Origin: Halorussus marinus
Lineage (GTDB): Archaea; Halobacteriota; Halobacteria; Halobacteriales; Haladaptataceae
DNA: 64,000 nt
NCBI RefSeq assembly: GCF_004765795.1
Contig: NZ_SBIV01000004.1
Span: forward strand, 124,001-188,000
Reading direction: 5' to 3'
Positions within the stretch are counted from its first letter, which is position 1, and each line of letters begins with the position of its first letter. The notes below the pieces were generated by a model. That model made no database searches, had not been told where the DNA came from, and worked only from the letters and a program-made list of their open reading frames with translations. The translations under genes and the position numbers were made by a program. This document shows positions 28,300 through 37,627 of this stretch, one piece after another.

Positions 28300-29931
28300 T
28301 CACGTCGGGGAGTCCACCGTCGGTTCGGCGTCCGTCCCGGGGTCGTCGGGCGTCTCGGGGCTCGCGGTCTCGAATGTCAGACAAACGACGCTCCCTCGCG
28401 GGTCTCGCTCGCGAAACGACACCTCGCCGTTCGACTTCGCGACGATCCAGCTCACGAGCCAGAGTCCGAGCCCGCTGGTGTGATCGAGGGGCGTCTCGTA
28501 GCCGCGTTCGAGCACGGCGACCTCCGCGTCCGGGATCCCCGGCCCGTTGTCCGCGATGCGGACCTCGACGGCGTCGTCCCCGGCGTCGGCGATTTCGACG
28601 TCGATCTCGGGCGACTCGGCGTCGTTGTGCTTGGCGGCGTTGTCGATCACGTTTCTGAGCGCGGATTCGACCAGCGAATGGGCGGCGACCCGACACGACT
28701 CACACGCCGGCCCGTCAGTTCGAACCCCCGAATAGTCGCGTTCGACCCGTTCGAGCTCGGCCTCGATGATGTCGGCGAGGTCGACGACCGTAGTCTCGTT
28801 CAGTTCGCTCTGGAGGACACACTCGATGTCGCGGATCTGTCTGCTCATCTCCGCGAGATCGGCCGCCTGATCCCGGATCGTCGCGGCGCTGTCGGCGTCG
28901 TCTTCGATCGCGCTCTCGGCCAGCAGTTCGGCGTGGCCCTGAATCACGTTCGCGGCGTTCCGCAGATCGTGGCGAAACACCCGGTTGAGAACGGTGAGCT
29001 GGCGGTTCAGTCGAGTGGCCTGATCGCGGGCGGCGGCCAACTGTTGCTCGCGGTCCGCACGCTCTAACGCGGTCCGGGTGTTCGCGGCCAGAATCTTCGC
29101 CAGCGACACGTCGGCCTCGTCGAAGGTGCCGACGTCGGTCGAGCCGATGTTGATCACGCCGTGGTCTCCGAGCGGAAGGATGATCTCGCTCCGGATCGGC
29201 GTGTCGCTCCGGTGGCGCTCGGGCTGGTCGCTCACGTCGTCGAACACCATGACCTCGCCCGTTTCGAACGCCCGCCACGACAGGCTCGTGCCGGCGGTGT
29301 AGGTGGGCACGTCGGAGATCAGATCGGTCCCCTCGTCGGTGACTGCGACCGGTTTCAGCGCATCCTCGTCGTCGTCGTAGAGCCAGGCACCGCTCACCCG
29401 CAAGTCCAGAATGTCGCGGGCGGTCTCGACCGCGCGGGTCGCGATCTCCTCGCGGTCCCGGAGCCGAACCAGATCGCGGGTCGCCGTGTGGAGATCGTGG
29501 AGCGCCCGCTCGCGCGTGGCGATCTCGGCCCGCTGGCGGTGTCGCTGGGCGTCGTAGAGCCCGATGACGAACCCGATGAGCGCGCCGACCGACGCCGCGC
29601 CGAGAACCACGAACTCCTGATCGACCATCCGGACGCCGTGGGCCTGCTGGGACCGGATCGTGAGCACCGCACTCGAACTCAGTGCGCCGACACACACGAT
29701 ACACCAGGCCGCGATCCGGTTGGCGGTGGCGGCGCCGACCGACCGCCGCCACAGCCAGACGCCGCCCGCGAACACCCCCAGACTGATGAGCGCCGGGAAG
29801 ACGACCCCGAAGAGGATCGTCCGGGAGGACTCGGCCGAGTGGGTCGCGTGGACGAGATGAGCCAGACACAGGCCGCCCCCGAGAGCCAATATCACGGCTA
29901 GCCCACCCATAGAATCGAAGGCCCTTCTCAT
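28300..29931 (-). CDS. Membrane-bound GAF-domain sensor histidine kinase
   Basis: 4 TM segments, GAF (RSEIILPLG.HGV), H box NRVFRHDLRN, N box NVIDNAAKH, DNGPGIP, GLGLW. Confidence 0.92.
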   Translation of the reverse strand: MRRAFDSMGGLAVILALGGGLCLAHLVHATHSAESSRTILFGVVFPALISLGVFAGGVWLWRRSVGAATANRIAAWCIVCVGALSSSAVLTIRSQQAHGVRMVDQEFVVLGAASVGALIGFVIGLYDAQRHRQRAEIATRERALHDLHTATRDLVRLRDREEIATRAVETARDILDLRVSGAWLYDDDEDALKPVAVTDEGTDLISDVPTYTAGTSLSWRAFETGEVMVFDDVSDQPERHRSDTPIRSEIILPLGDHGVINIGSTDVGTFDEADVSLAKILAANTRTALERADREQQLAAARDQATRLNRQLTVLNRVFRHDLRNAANVIQGHAELLAESAIEDDADSAATIRDQAADLAEMSRQIRDIECVLQSELNETTVVDLADIIEAELERVERDYSGVRTDGPACESCRVAAHSLVESALRNVIDNAAKHNDAESPEIDVEIADAGDDAVEVRIADNGPGIPDAEVAVLERGYETPLDHTSGLGLWLVSWIVAKSNGEVSFRERDPRGSVVCLTFETASPETPDDPGTDAEPTVDSPT

Positions 29932-30076
29932 TAAAACACACACTGGATCGGGGCGATTTATACCTTCGGGACCAGACAGTCCCAGCGGTCTCGTTCGCCG
30001 TCGGCCGACTGCCGGCCGATCGATCCGGTCGAAGCGTCTCGTCGCTACGGGGCTCGAACCGGCGGCGTTCGGGGTA

Positions 30077-30820
30077 TCAGTCCCCGACGGAGGGCGTGAG
30101 CCACCCCGAGGAGAGACCCTCCTCGCGGAGATGCCACCGCTGTTGGAGTCGGCCGTCCGCGACCCGGAGTTCGACGACCGCGTCGAACAGCGGCGCGAGC
30201 CCCCGAACGCGTTCGGAGTCGTACGCGACCGGAAAGTGGAAGTGAGCCATCGCCTGCGCGCTCCGGATTCGACCGATCAGTACGTGGAGGAACCGAAAGC
30301 GGGCGGCGTCGTCGCGCGCCGAGGACAGCGGGACGAGCGAGTCGAAGCAGATGCGCAGTTCCGCGGGCGAGAGCCCGCCGGTGGCCGCCTCGAAGGCCTC
30401 GATCTCGCGGGCGATCGCGATCCCGAGCTCCGAGAGCTGACCGCGTTCGACCCGGACCGGCTCGATGGCGTCTCCGGACGGTTCGGACGGCACACTCGAC
30501 GCGGCGCTTCGGGACGGAGCCGTCCACGAGACCAGACTGGTCCGGTCGGGATCGGGCGGCGTCGAGAGGCGATCGCCGAGAATCGGACCGTCGGGGGTCG
30601 TCGAGACGAACAGGCGGCGCCGATCCGCGACCGCCTCGTCGCCGAGCATACAGTTGCAGGCGTCTCTCGCCACCGAATCGGGCACGTTACCGACGACGAG
30701 AAGCGACGAACCGCTTCGCTTGAGCTCCCGGAGCTTCGAGACGAACGCGCCGCGGTCGGGGTCAGCGAGCCCGCCGATATCGCCCCGAGATGTCATTACG
30801 TTACGGTACTCGGACTGCAT
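30077..30820 (-). CDS. Degenerate RecA/KaiC-fold protein (haloarchaeal DUF7504/DUF835-like)
   Basis: LLVVG without GKT, Walker-B-like ICFDSL, FRFLHVL..RI, LAPLFDAVVELR. Confidence 0.75.
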   Translation of the reverse strand: MQSEYRNVMTSRGDIGGLADPDRGAFVSKLRELKRSGSSLLVVGNVPDSVARDACNCMLGDEAVADRRRLFVSTTPDGPILGDRLSTPPDPDRTSLVSWTAPSRSAASSVPSEPSGDAIEPVRVERGQLSELGIAIAREIEAFEAATGGLSPAELRICFDSLVPLSSARDDAARFRFLHVLIGRIRSAQAMAHFHFPVAYDSERVRGLAPLFDAVVELRVADGRLQQRWHLREEGLSSGWLTPSVGD

Positions 30821-30965
30821 AAATGAATGTTTTGTCTGATGTCACCCAACGGCACACTACTGATCGACCCCGACCGATCTCACCGAGCGTCCGACCCGTC
30901 GGACGCCGACAGTCGGACTGTCGGGGCGGTCGAATTTATACGCGCGCCGCCCGTCGACATACGGT

Positions 30966-31340
30966 ATGAGTTCTGAGGAGCGACAGACCGTCGAAGACGT
31001 AATGTCGACGCCCCTGGAGACCGTCTCGAAGGAGGCGACCGTGATGGAGGCCACACGCCGAATGCGCGACGAAGAGATAAGCGCGCTCGTTGTTCCGACC
31101 ACGCCGCGGTCGATCATCAGCAGCACGGACGTCCTCGACGCCGTCGCCGACGGGCGCGACGTCGCCGAGTTGCGGGTGTCCGACGTGATGACGACCGACG
31201 TCGAAATCGCCACTCCGGACCTCTATCTGGAGGAAGTCGCCGCGATGATGACCACGTACGGTATCAAACACCTCCCGGTCGTCGACGACGACTACGTCGG
31301 GATGGTCTCCTCGACCGACATCACGGCCGCCCTCTCGTAG
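30966..31340 (+). CDS. Stand-alone CBS-pair protein
   Basis: VEDVMSTP…ISALVV…VSDVMTT…IKHLPVVD..YVGMVSSTDI. Confidence 0.93.
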   Translation: MSSEERQTVEDVMSTPLETVSKEATVMEATRRMRDEEISALVVPTTPRSIISSTDVLDAVADGRDVAELRVSDVMTTDVEIATPDLYLEEVAAMMTTYGIKHLPVVDDDYVGMVSSTDITAALS

Positions 31341-31372
31341 CGCCGCGAGGGCCCGGCAGTTCGGAGGATCGT

Positions 31373-31954
31373 TCAGGCGCCGTCGCCCGCGCCGCGGCCC
31401 ACGTCGCGCTCCCGATCGCAGACGCTTCGGAGTCGCTCGTAGGTCTCGGTGGCGACCGCCCCCGGGCTCACGCAGTAGACGCCGCGGAGATCGCGGGCCC
31501 GCACTCGGTTGGTGAGCGTCTGGAAGAACCGCGATACGCGCGACTCGTCGGCGTACATCAGGAAGACGCCCAGCGCGTCGACGAACACCCAGCCGCGACC
31601 GGGTTCGAGGTGGCCGACCGCGTCGGAGAACCGCATCCCGACGCCGGTGAGGTCCCCGGGCCGAACGTGATCGGTGGTCCAGAGATCGCCGTCGTACTCG
31701 GCCGCGGTCGGGGTGACCGGCACGACGCCGACGTCGGCGGGATCGTGACCGTCGCGTTCGAGTCGCTGGGCGATCTTTCTGGGGTGGTCGCGGGCCGCGA
31801 CGACGAGGAGGTTGTCGTAGGCGCGCTCGGGGAGCGCCGCGAACGGGGACCCGTTGGTCGGCGCCCGGACGAGCGTCTGTGTGCCAGCGGAGCCAAAGCG
31901 CTCGACGACCGGGTCCGATTGCCGAGACGACCCCGAGGGCACCCCGTCGGCCAT
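31373..31954 (-). CDS. Second degenerate RecA/KaiC-fold protein (DUF7504-like)
   Basis: PGDLTGVGMRFS, WVFVDAL, RFFQTLTNRVR, YERLRSVCD; no Walker A. Confidence 0.75.
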   Translation of the reverse strand: MADGVPSGSSRQSDPVVERFGSAGTQTLVRAPTNGSPFAALPERAYDNLLVVAARDHPRKIAQRLERDGHDPADVGVVPVTPTAAEYDGDLWTTDHVRPGDLTGVGMRFSDAVGHLEPGRGWVFVDALGVFLMYADESRVSRFFQTLTNRVRARDLRGVYCVSPGAVATETYERLRSVCDRERDVGRGAGDGA

Positions 31955-31956
31955 GG

Positions 31957-32625
31957 TCAGGACTCCTGTATCTCCGGTGGTGTTTCGCCCGCGCCGGCGG
32001 CGTGACGGGTGACGTACGTGTGTGCGATCGCGACGCTGGCGTAGGCGGCGACGACGATCGTCGCCACCAGTACGTCGCCGACCAGCGAGAAGGGGGGCAG
32101 ACCGAGCCACGCGCCCGTCAGGAGGCCGATGCCGCCGACCGCGAGGCCGAGATACCAGTTACACCACGGGATATCGGGCTGGGCGTCGAGATCGAGGTAG
32201 ACGTCGAGCTGTTCGGCCGCGCCCGAGAGCTCGACGATGCCGCGGTTCTGGTTGTACTCGACGATGCCTGCCTCGTCCAGTTTCGGGAGGTGGGACTGGT
32301 AGAGTGCGGTGTACACCCGCTTGCGCTCGGCGGCCGAGATCGCTCCGATCGTCGTGTCGTTCTCCCAGGCCGCGACCTGCTCGGCGAGCTCCGAAAGCTC
32401 GACCGAGTCGTCGGCGCGTCGAAGGTAGTGAAGGGCGTACCGGCGACGGCGGTTCTTGAGAACGTCGAAGACGAGGTCTCGGGAGAGCTCGGGGACGGTC
32501 TGTTCGTCGTCGTCCGACGACTGCTCGTCGGGGACCCCGCCGCCGGCGATAGCCGCCTCCTGCGGGTCGGGAGCCTCCTCCGGTTCGGTACCTCCGGTTC
32601 CGGACGAGTCACCAATGGTGCTCAT
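31957..32625 (-). CDS. Membrane-tethered winged-HTH protein (DUF7344-like) with two C-terminal TM helices
   Basis: FDVLKNRRRRYAL, LAEQVAAWE, RKRVYTALYQSHLPKLDEAGIVEY. Confidence 0.85.
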   Translation of the reverse strand: MSTIGDSSGTGGTEPEEAPDPQEAAIAGGGVPDEQSSDDDEQTVPELSRDLVFDVLKNRRRRYALHYLRRADDSVELSELAEQVAAWENDTTIGAISAAERKRVYTALYQSHLPKLDEAGIVEYNQNRGIVELSGAAEQLDVYLDLDAQPDIPWCNWYLGLAVGGIGLLTGAWLGLPPFSLVGDVLVATIVVAAYASVAIAHTYVTRHAAGAGETPPEIQES

Positions 32626-32816
32626 TACTCTGCCACCCCGTGGTCGTAACCCAGCATGGATTCAACACATCGCCGGGATTAGCCTTTGTTATTCACCATT
32701 TACCGGTTTGCAACCTCTGCTTACAGACCGTTGCATTCGCGTTCCACCCCGGAGCCGTCTTGCGGTAACTGGTGGTTACGAAAGCTGTCGGGTGATTGTC
32801 GACGCCGGAAGGGGTG

Positions 32817-33110
32817 TCATAGGTTCTCGTGGATGGCGAGCACGAGCGCCGGGACGACGATCATGAAGATGTGCTCCTCGATCGGGATCCCGAGCAGTTC
32901 GACGCCGGTCCGAAGCGGGATCGCGAAGACGCCGATATGAAGCGTGTACCAGTCCCACACGTACGCGATAGGGTAAAGCACGACGATCGTACGGGCGGCG
33001 GACGCGAGCGCCCGCGCACGATAGAGGAGCCATATCGCGACAGTTCCCCACACGATCTCGGTCGCGAGGTAGGTGTACGGGCCGAACGCGGCGCCTATGT
33101 CGGGAATCAC
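32817..33110 (-). CDS. Single lycopene-cyclase-domain membrane protein
   Basis: YTYL…WDWY…GVF…GIPIEEHIF (PxEE motif of CrtYc/d-type cyclase domains). Confidence 0.8.
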   Translation of the reverse strand: MIPDIGAAFGPYTYLATEIVWGTVAIWLLYRARALASAARTIVVLYPIAYVWDWYTLHIGVFAIPLRTGVELLGIPIEEHIFMIVVPALVLAIHENL

Positions 33111-33197
33111 GCCGAGTAGTTGGGCCCGTACCGCCAAAAATCCCGCTGCCGGCATGAGACAACTTTCAAGACCGTCGCGCGTGAGGTTCGACACGAG

Positions 33198-34343
33198 ATG
33201 GATATCTCCGACATCGCGACCACCGAGTACGTCGAATTAGAGGCCGAATCGAACGTCGGGAAAGCCCGATCGATCTTCGAGGATCAGAACCCCAAAGGAA
33301 TCATCGTCACGAAGGCCGGCAGCTACGAGGGCGTCGTCACCCAGAAACAGCTCCTCCGATCGCACATCGAGGACCACACGAAGGTCGCGACCCTGACAAA
33401 GTCCGCACCCAAAGTCGAACGCACCGACAACGTCCGGGACGTCGCCCGGTCGCTCATCGAGGGCGGCACCAAGGTCGCGCCCGTGTTCGAGTCGGGCAAC
33501 CTCTGGGGCGTGGTCGACGAGGACCTCATCCTCGAAGCGGTCCTCGAAAACCTCGACACGCTGACCGTCGAGGACATCTACACCGAGAACGTCATCACGA
33601 TCGACGAGGACGCCACGCTCGGGCAGGCGATCAATCAACTCCGCGAGCACGGTGTCTCGCGGCTCCCGGTCGTCGACGAGGACGGCTTCCTTGCGGGCGT
33701 CGTTACGACCCACGACGTGGTCGACTTCGCGACCCGCAACGAACAGCGCATCACCGGCGAGGGCGACCGCGCCGGGGACCTCGACCGGATGCTCGACCTC
33801 CCGGTGTACGACGTGATGTCGAGTCCGGTCGAGACGACCACGCTCGGCGAGTCGGTCCGGGACGCGGTCGAGCAGATGCTCGACAACGACTTCGCGGGCC
33901 TCGTGGTCACCCCCGAGGACGACGACCGCGTGGTCGGCGGGGTGCTCACCAAGACCGACGTACTGCGCGCGCTGACCTACACCGAAGAGGAGGTGATGGA
34001 CGTCCAGATCACGAACATCAACCTCCTCGACACCATCGGTCGCGAGGACATCCGGGAGTCGATCGCCGAGATCGCCGACAAGTACCAGCAGATGCAGGTA
34101 CGCCACGCCCACGTCCGGTTCCACGAGCACAAAGAGAAGCTCCGGGGTACGCCCCTGCTCCAGTGTGCGATCCGGCTGCGGACGAACCGCGGGCAGGTCG
34201 CGGGGTCGGGCGAGGGCTACGGCGCCGAACAGGCGTTCAGCGTGGCCCGCGACAAGCTCGAACGTAACGTGCTCGAGATCAAGGGCATCGAGAGCGACCG
34301 CGAGTACGAGGGCCAACTCCTCCGAAAACTCGGCGAGCTCTGA
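33198..34343 (+). CDS. Four-CBS-domain protein with C-terminal HPF/RaiA-like domain (probable ribosome hibernation factor)
   Basis: Two CBS pairs, then MDVQITNI…HAHVRF…CAIRLRT…GSGEGYGAEQAFSVARDKLERNVLE, resembling the beta-alpha-beta-beta-beta-alpha S30AE/HPF pattern. Confidence 0.8.
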   Translation: MDISDIATTEYVELEAESNVGKARSIFEDQNPKGIIVTKAGSYEGVVTQKQLLRSHIEDHTKVATLTKSAPKVERTDNVRDVARSLIEGGTKVAPVFESGNLWGVVDEDLILEAVLENLDTLTVEDIYTENVITIDEDATLGQAINQLREHGVSRLPVVDEDGFLAGVVTTHDVVDFATRNEQRITGEGDRAGDLDRMLDLPVYDVMSSPVETTTLGESVRDAVEQMLDNDFAGLVVTPEDDDRVVGGVLTKTDVLRALTYTEEEVMDVQITNINLLDTIGREDIRESIAEIADKYQQMQVRHAHVRFHEHKEKLRGTPLLQCAIRLRTNRGQVAGSGEGYGAEQAFSVARDKLERNVLEIKGIESDREYEGQLLRKLGEL

Positions 34344-34354
34344 GAGGCCGCCGC

Positions 34355-35353
34355 CTATTCCGGTCGCGGTGCCGCCCGCTGTAACGCGGTCTCCGCGACG
34401 TTGCCGCCGTAGTCGCCGCTTCTGGACAGCGAGTCGACGATGAGCCCGAGCAGTTGGGCCTGCTGGGCGTCGAGGTCCCGGATCCGGTCGTCGACCGCCC
34501 GGGTGTGTTGGTCCATCTCGCGGACGTGCTCGCGGGCGTCGTTCGCGAGCTCGGTCGCGTCCCGTTCTTCGTCGAGCAACAGCGCGTCCATCGCGGTGTT
34601 GACGATCTCGGCGGCGTCGTCGTGGAGGTCGTCGAGTCCGGCCGCCACTTCCTCGGGGATTTCGCCGAGCTGACGGGCGTGCTGGGCCATCTTCGCGGCG
34701 TGGTCGGCGATGCGTTCGAGCTGTCGGGCGCTGGAGTGGTAGTCGAAGCAGGTCTCTCGGGAGACCCCGAGCTCCTCGGCGGCCTTCGGCGTCCGAAGGG
34801 TCGCCCGGAAGATGCGCGAGACCATAAACCACAGCCGGTCGACGTCGTCGTCGCGCTCGATGACGTCCTCGGCGAGCGAGTCGTCGTTCTCCCGGATCGC
34901 GGTCACCGCGTCTTCGAGCATGCTGAGCGCGATGAGTCGCATGCGCGTGACCGCGTTGTGGACCGAAAGCTCCGAGGAGTCGAGCAGGTCCTGGATGACG
35001 ACGCGGTCGCCGGTCTCCTCGATGACCTCGAGTCCGACGAGGCTCTGGGTCGCGTTCCGGATCGCCTGACGCTGGTCGGCGTCGATGCGCCCCGACTCCA
35101 GCACGATGACGTCGAAGCCGCTGACGTACATCGTCATCACGGTCCGGGTGAGGCTCTCGCCTCGGAGGTCGGTGATGTCGAGGGTTCCCTCGGACTTCTC
35201 GTCGGAGTCGCGCGAGGTGACGACCAGCGAGTCGTCCTGCGGGTAGAACGCCAGTCGCTCGCCCGCCTCGATCCCGTTCGCGGTCGCCCAGTCTTTCGGA
35301 ATCGAGACCGTGAACGTCGAACCGCCGGTCACCTGCACCTTTCGGGTCTCCAT
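34355..35353 (-). CDS. AbrB/MazE-PhoU phosphate regulator
   Basis: METRKVQVTGGSTFTVSIPK (AbrB) plus PhoU repeats (DDDVDRL, LERIADHA). Confidence 0.92.
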   Translation of the reverse strand: METRKVQVTGGSTFTVSIPKDWATANGIEAGERLAFYPQDDSLVVTSRDSDEKSEGTLDITDLRGESLTRTVMTMYVSGFDVIVLESGRIDADQRQAIRNATQSLVGLEVIEETGDRVVIQDLLDSSELSVHNAVTRMRLIALSMLEDAVTAIRENDDSLAEDVIERDDDVDRLWFMVSRIFRATLRTPKAAEELGVSRETCFDYHSSARQLERIADHAAKMAQHARQLGEIPEEVAAGLDDLHDDAAEIVNTAMDALLLDEERDATELANDAREHVREMDQHTRAVDDRIRDLDAQQAQLLGLIVDSLSRSGDYGGNVAETALQRAAPRPE

Positions 35354-35393
35354 ATCGGGAGAATTAGTAGCACGAGCCATAAATCTACCCGTC

Positions 35394-35600
35394 TCTATAT
35401 ACTGCTCGCCCGACCGGGATAACTGCCCGATAGGTCGAGCGACCAAACCGACAGATAGCCGGATAAAGCCCGCCAAAACGGGCTTCAGTGCCGAGTAACA
35501 CCTCCCTACTCGCAGGTAGGTCGCGGCATCTCACTCTCGAAAACACCCATGTCACCGTGACTCAACAAAGAACTATATAGAAATCATAGTAGGGTATTTA
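35394..35600. promoter_or_regulatory. Divergent pho/pst promoter region with a shared TATATAGA motif
   Basis: TATATAGA on minus (35394-35401) and plus (35574-35581), each followed by GTAG and an ATTTA TATA-like box. Confidence 0.5.
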
Positions 35601-35626
35601 CACGGATCGGCTCCTCCGAGTAAGTG

Positions 35627-36625
35627 ATGACAGAGTCAGGGTTCCTTTCACGGCGGGCGTTTCTGGCGGGTACCGGTGCGACCGGTGCGGCGGCGCTCGC
35701 CGGCTGTATCGGCGAGACCGGCGGCTCCGGCGACGACGGCTCAGCGGAGACGACCGAGGGCGGACAGAGCGTCTCGGGCGGTATTACCATCACCGGGAGC
35801 AGTACGGTCTACCCCGTGTCGGTCGCGATGGCCGAGGAGTTCGAGAAGGCAAACAGCGAAGTCGACATCTCGGTCGACCCGACCGGGACCGGCGGCGGGT
35901 TCGAGAACCACTTCTGTCCGGGGAACTCCGACATCAACGGCGCCTCGCGTCCGATCACGGACGCCGAGGAGGAAAACTGCAACGAGAACGGCGTCGATCC
36001 CCGGCAGTTCCAGGTCGCGAGCGACGCACTGACCGTCGTCGTCAACAAGGACGCCACCTGGGTCGACAGCATAACCTTCGAGGAACTCGCACAGATCTGG
36101 CGCCCCGACGGGGCACAGCAGTGGAGCGACGTTCGAGACGACTGGCCCGACAAGCCGCTCGAACTGTACGGCCCCGCCTCGACGTCGGGTACGTTCGACT
36201 GGTTCACCGAGAACGTCGTCGGCGAGGCCGGCTCACACCGCAGCGACTACGAGGCCACCGAGGACGACAACAACATCGTCGCCGGCGTCGAGGGGTCGCC
36301 GAACGCGATGGGCTACCTCGGGTTCGCCTACTACCAGGAGAACAGCGACCGCGTGAAGGCCGTCAGCGTCGCCGAGGGCGACGCTTCGAACGCCGTCGAG
36401 CCGACGCTCGAAAACGCCAAGTCCGGCGACTACCCGATGGCCCGCCCGCTGTTCGTCTACCCGGCGGCCGGCTCGATTCAGGAGAAAGACCAGGTGTACG
36501 AGTTCCTGAAGTTCTACATCGAGCAGTCCGAGACCGACATCGTCACCGAGATCGGCTACGTCCCCGCGAGCGCTGACCTGCGCGACGACAACCTCGAGAC
36601 GCTCGAGGAGATCCGCAACGAGTAG
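35627..36625 (+). CDS. pstS: Phosphate ABC transporter substrate-binding lipoprotein (Tat)
   Basis: SRRAFL + LAGC; GSSTVYP, GTGGG, SGTFDWF, YPMARPLF. Confidence 0.96.
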   Translation: MTESGFLSRRAFLAGTGATGAAALAGCIGETGGSGDDGSAETTEGGQSVSGGITITGSSTVYPVSVAMAEEFEKANSEVDISVDPTGTGGGFENHFCPGNSDINGASRPITDAEEENCNENGVDPRQFQVASDALTVVVNKDATWVDSITFEELAQIWRPDGAQQWSDVRDDWPDKPLELYGPASTSGTFDWFTENVVGEAGSHRSDYEATEDDNNIVAGVEGSPNAMGYLGFAYYQENSDRVKAVSVAEGDASNAVEPTLENAKSGDYPMARPLFVYPAAGSIQEKDQVYEFLKFYIEQSETDIVTEIGYVPASADLRDDNLETLEEIRNE

Positions 36626-36678
36626 CCGCCTGCGGGAAATCACCTACCTTTACCACATCCACCGTGAACAACGAATCG

Positions 36679-37599
36679 ATGAGCGAGGAACCAGCGCGAC
36701 CGGCGTTCGCGGGCGAGAACCGCACCCGGTCGGCCAAGGAGTCGGCCATCAAGTGGTTCCTGTTCGTGTGCGCGGCGCTGTCGGTGTTCGTGACGCTCGC
36801 GATCGTCGCGACGCTGCTGTTCGACGCCATCGAGTTTTTCACCAGAGTTTCGCCGTTGGCGTTTTTCACCGGCACGAACTGGAGCCCCAAGATCGGCGAG
36901 GCGTTCGGCGTCCTCCCGCTCGTGACGAACACGCTGGCAGTGACCGCGCTGTCGGCGTTGGTAGCGATTCCCGTCGGGACCGCCTCGGCGGCGTACCTCA
37001 GCGAGTACGCGAGCGATCAGGTCCGATCGGTGCTCAAGCCCGCACTGGAAGTTCTCGCGGGCATTCCGACCGTCGTCTACGGCCTGTTCGCGCTCGTGTA
37101 CGTCACCCCCGCGCTCCAGGCGGTCGGGATCCCGGTCGGGACGTTCAACCTCCTCAGCGCGTCGATCATGGTCGGCGTGATGATCATCCCGATGGTGTCG
37201 AGCCTCAGCGAGGACGCGATGAGCGCGGTCCCCGACTCGCTCCGGCAGGGCGCCTACGGGCTCGGCGCGACGAAGTTCGAGGTGACGACGACCGTCGTCG
37301 TCCCCGCCGCGGTGTCGGGCATCTTCTCGTCGTTCATCCTCGCGCTGTCCCGGGCGATCGGCGAGACGATGATCGTGGTGGTCGCCGCGGGGATGAGCCC
37401 GCAGTTGGTTCCGAGCCCGTTCGGCTCGATCCAGCCGATGACCTCCGCGATGGTCCAGCTCGCGACCAGCGACCTCGCGGGCGGAACCGCCGCCTACTAC
37501 GCGCTGTTCGCGATCGGGCTCACGCTGTTCGTCATCACGTTCTCGATGAACGTGGCGAGCAACTGGGTGGCGTCGCGCTACCGGGAGGAGTACGAATGA
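36679..37599 (+). CDS. pstC: Phosphate ABC transporter permease
   Basis: LAGIPTVVYG, EDAMSAVP…GAT, SRAIGETM; alternative GTG start at 36664. Confidence 0.95.
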   Translation: MSEEPARPAFAGENRTRSAKESAIKWFLFVCAALSVFVTLAIVATLLFDAIEFFTRVSPLAFFTGTNWSPKIGEAFGVLPLVTNTLAVTALSALVAIPVGTASAAYLSEYASDQVRSVLKPALEVLAGIPTVVYGLFALVYVTPALQAVGIPVGTFNLLSASIMVGVMIIPMVSSLSEDAMSAVPDSLRQGAYGLGATKFEVTTTVVVPAAVSGIFSSFILALSRAIGETMIVVVAAGMSPQLVPSPFGSIQPMTSAMVQLATSDLAGGTAAYYALFAIGLTLFVITFSMNVASNWVASRYREEYE

Positions 37600-37627
37600 T
37601 CGACGCGACTACCGAGGTGATTCGATA

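Noticed and set aside
28184..28483. Plus-strand ORF next to the AT-rich box at about 28180
   Set aside because: Overlaps the kinase antisense, Ser/Arg-rich, and starts on top of the box; a minus-strand non-coding transcript fits the spacing better
26598..30000. Integrative element at tRNA-Val
   Set aside because: Downstream genes look accessory, but I found no integrase and no duplicated tRNA 3' end in the window
33988..33998. Internal SD-like GGAGGTGATG at the start of the HPF-like domain suggesting separate translation
   Set aside because: No spacing between the SD and the ATG, and the sequence is explained by Glu-Glu-Val-Met codons
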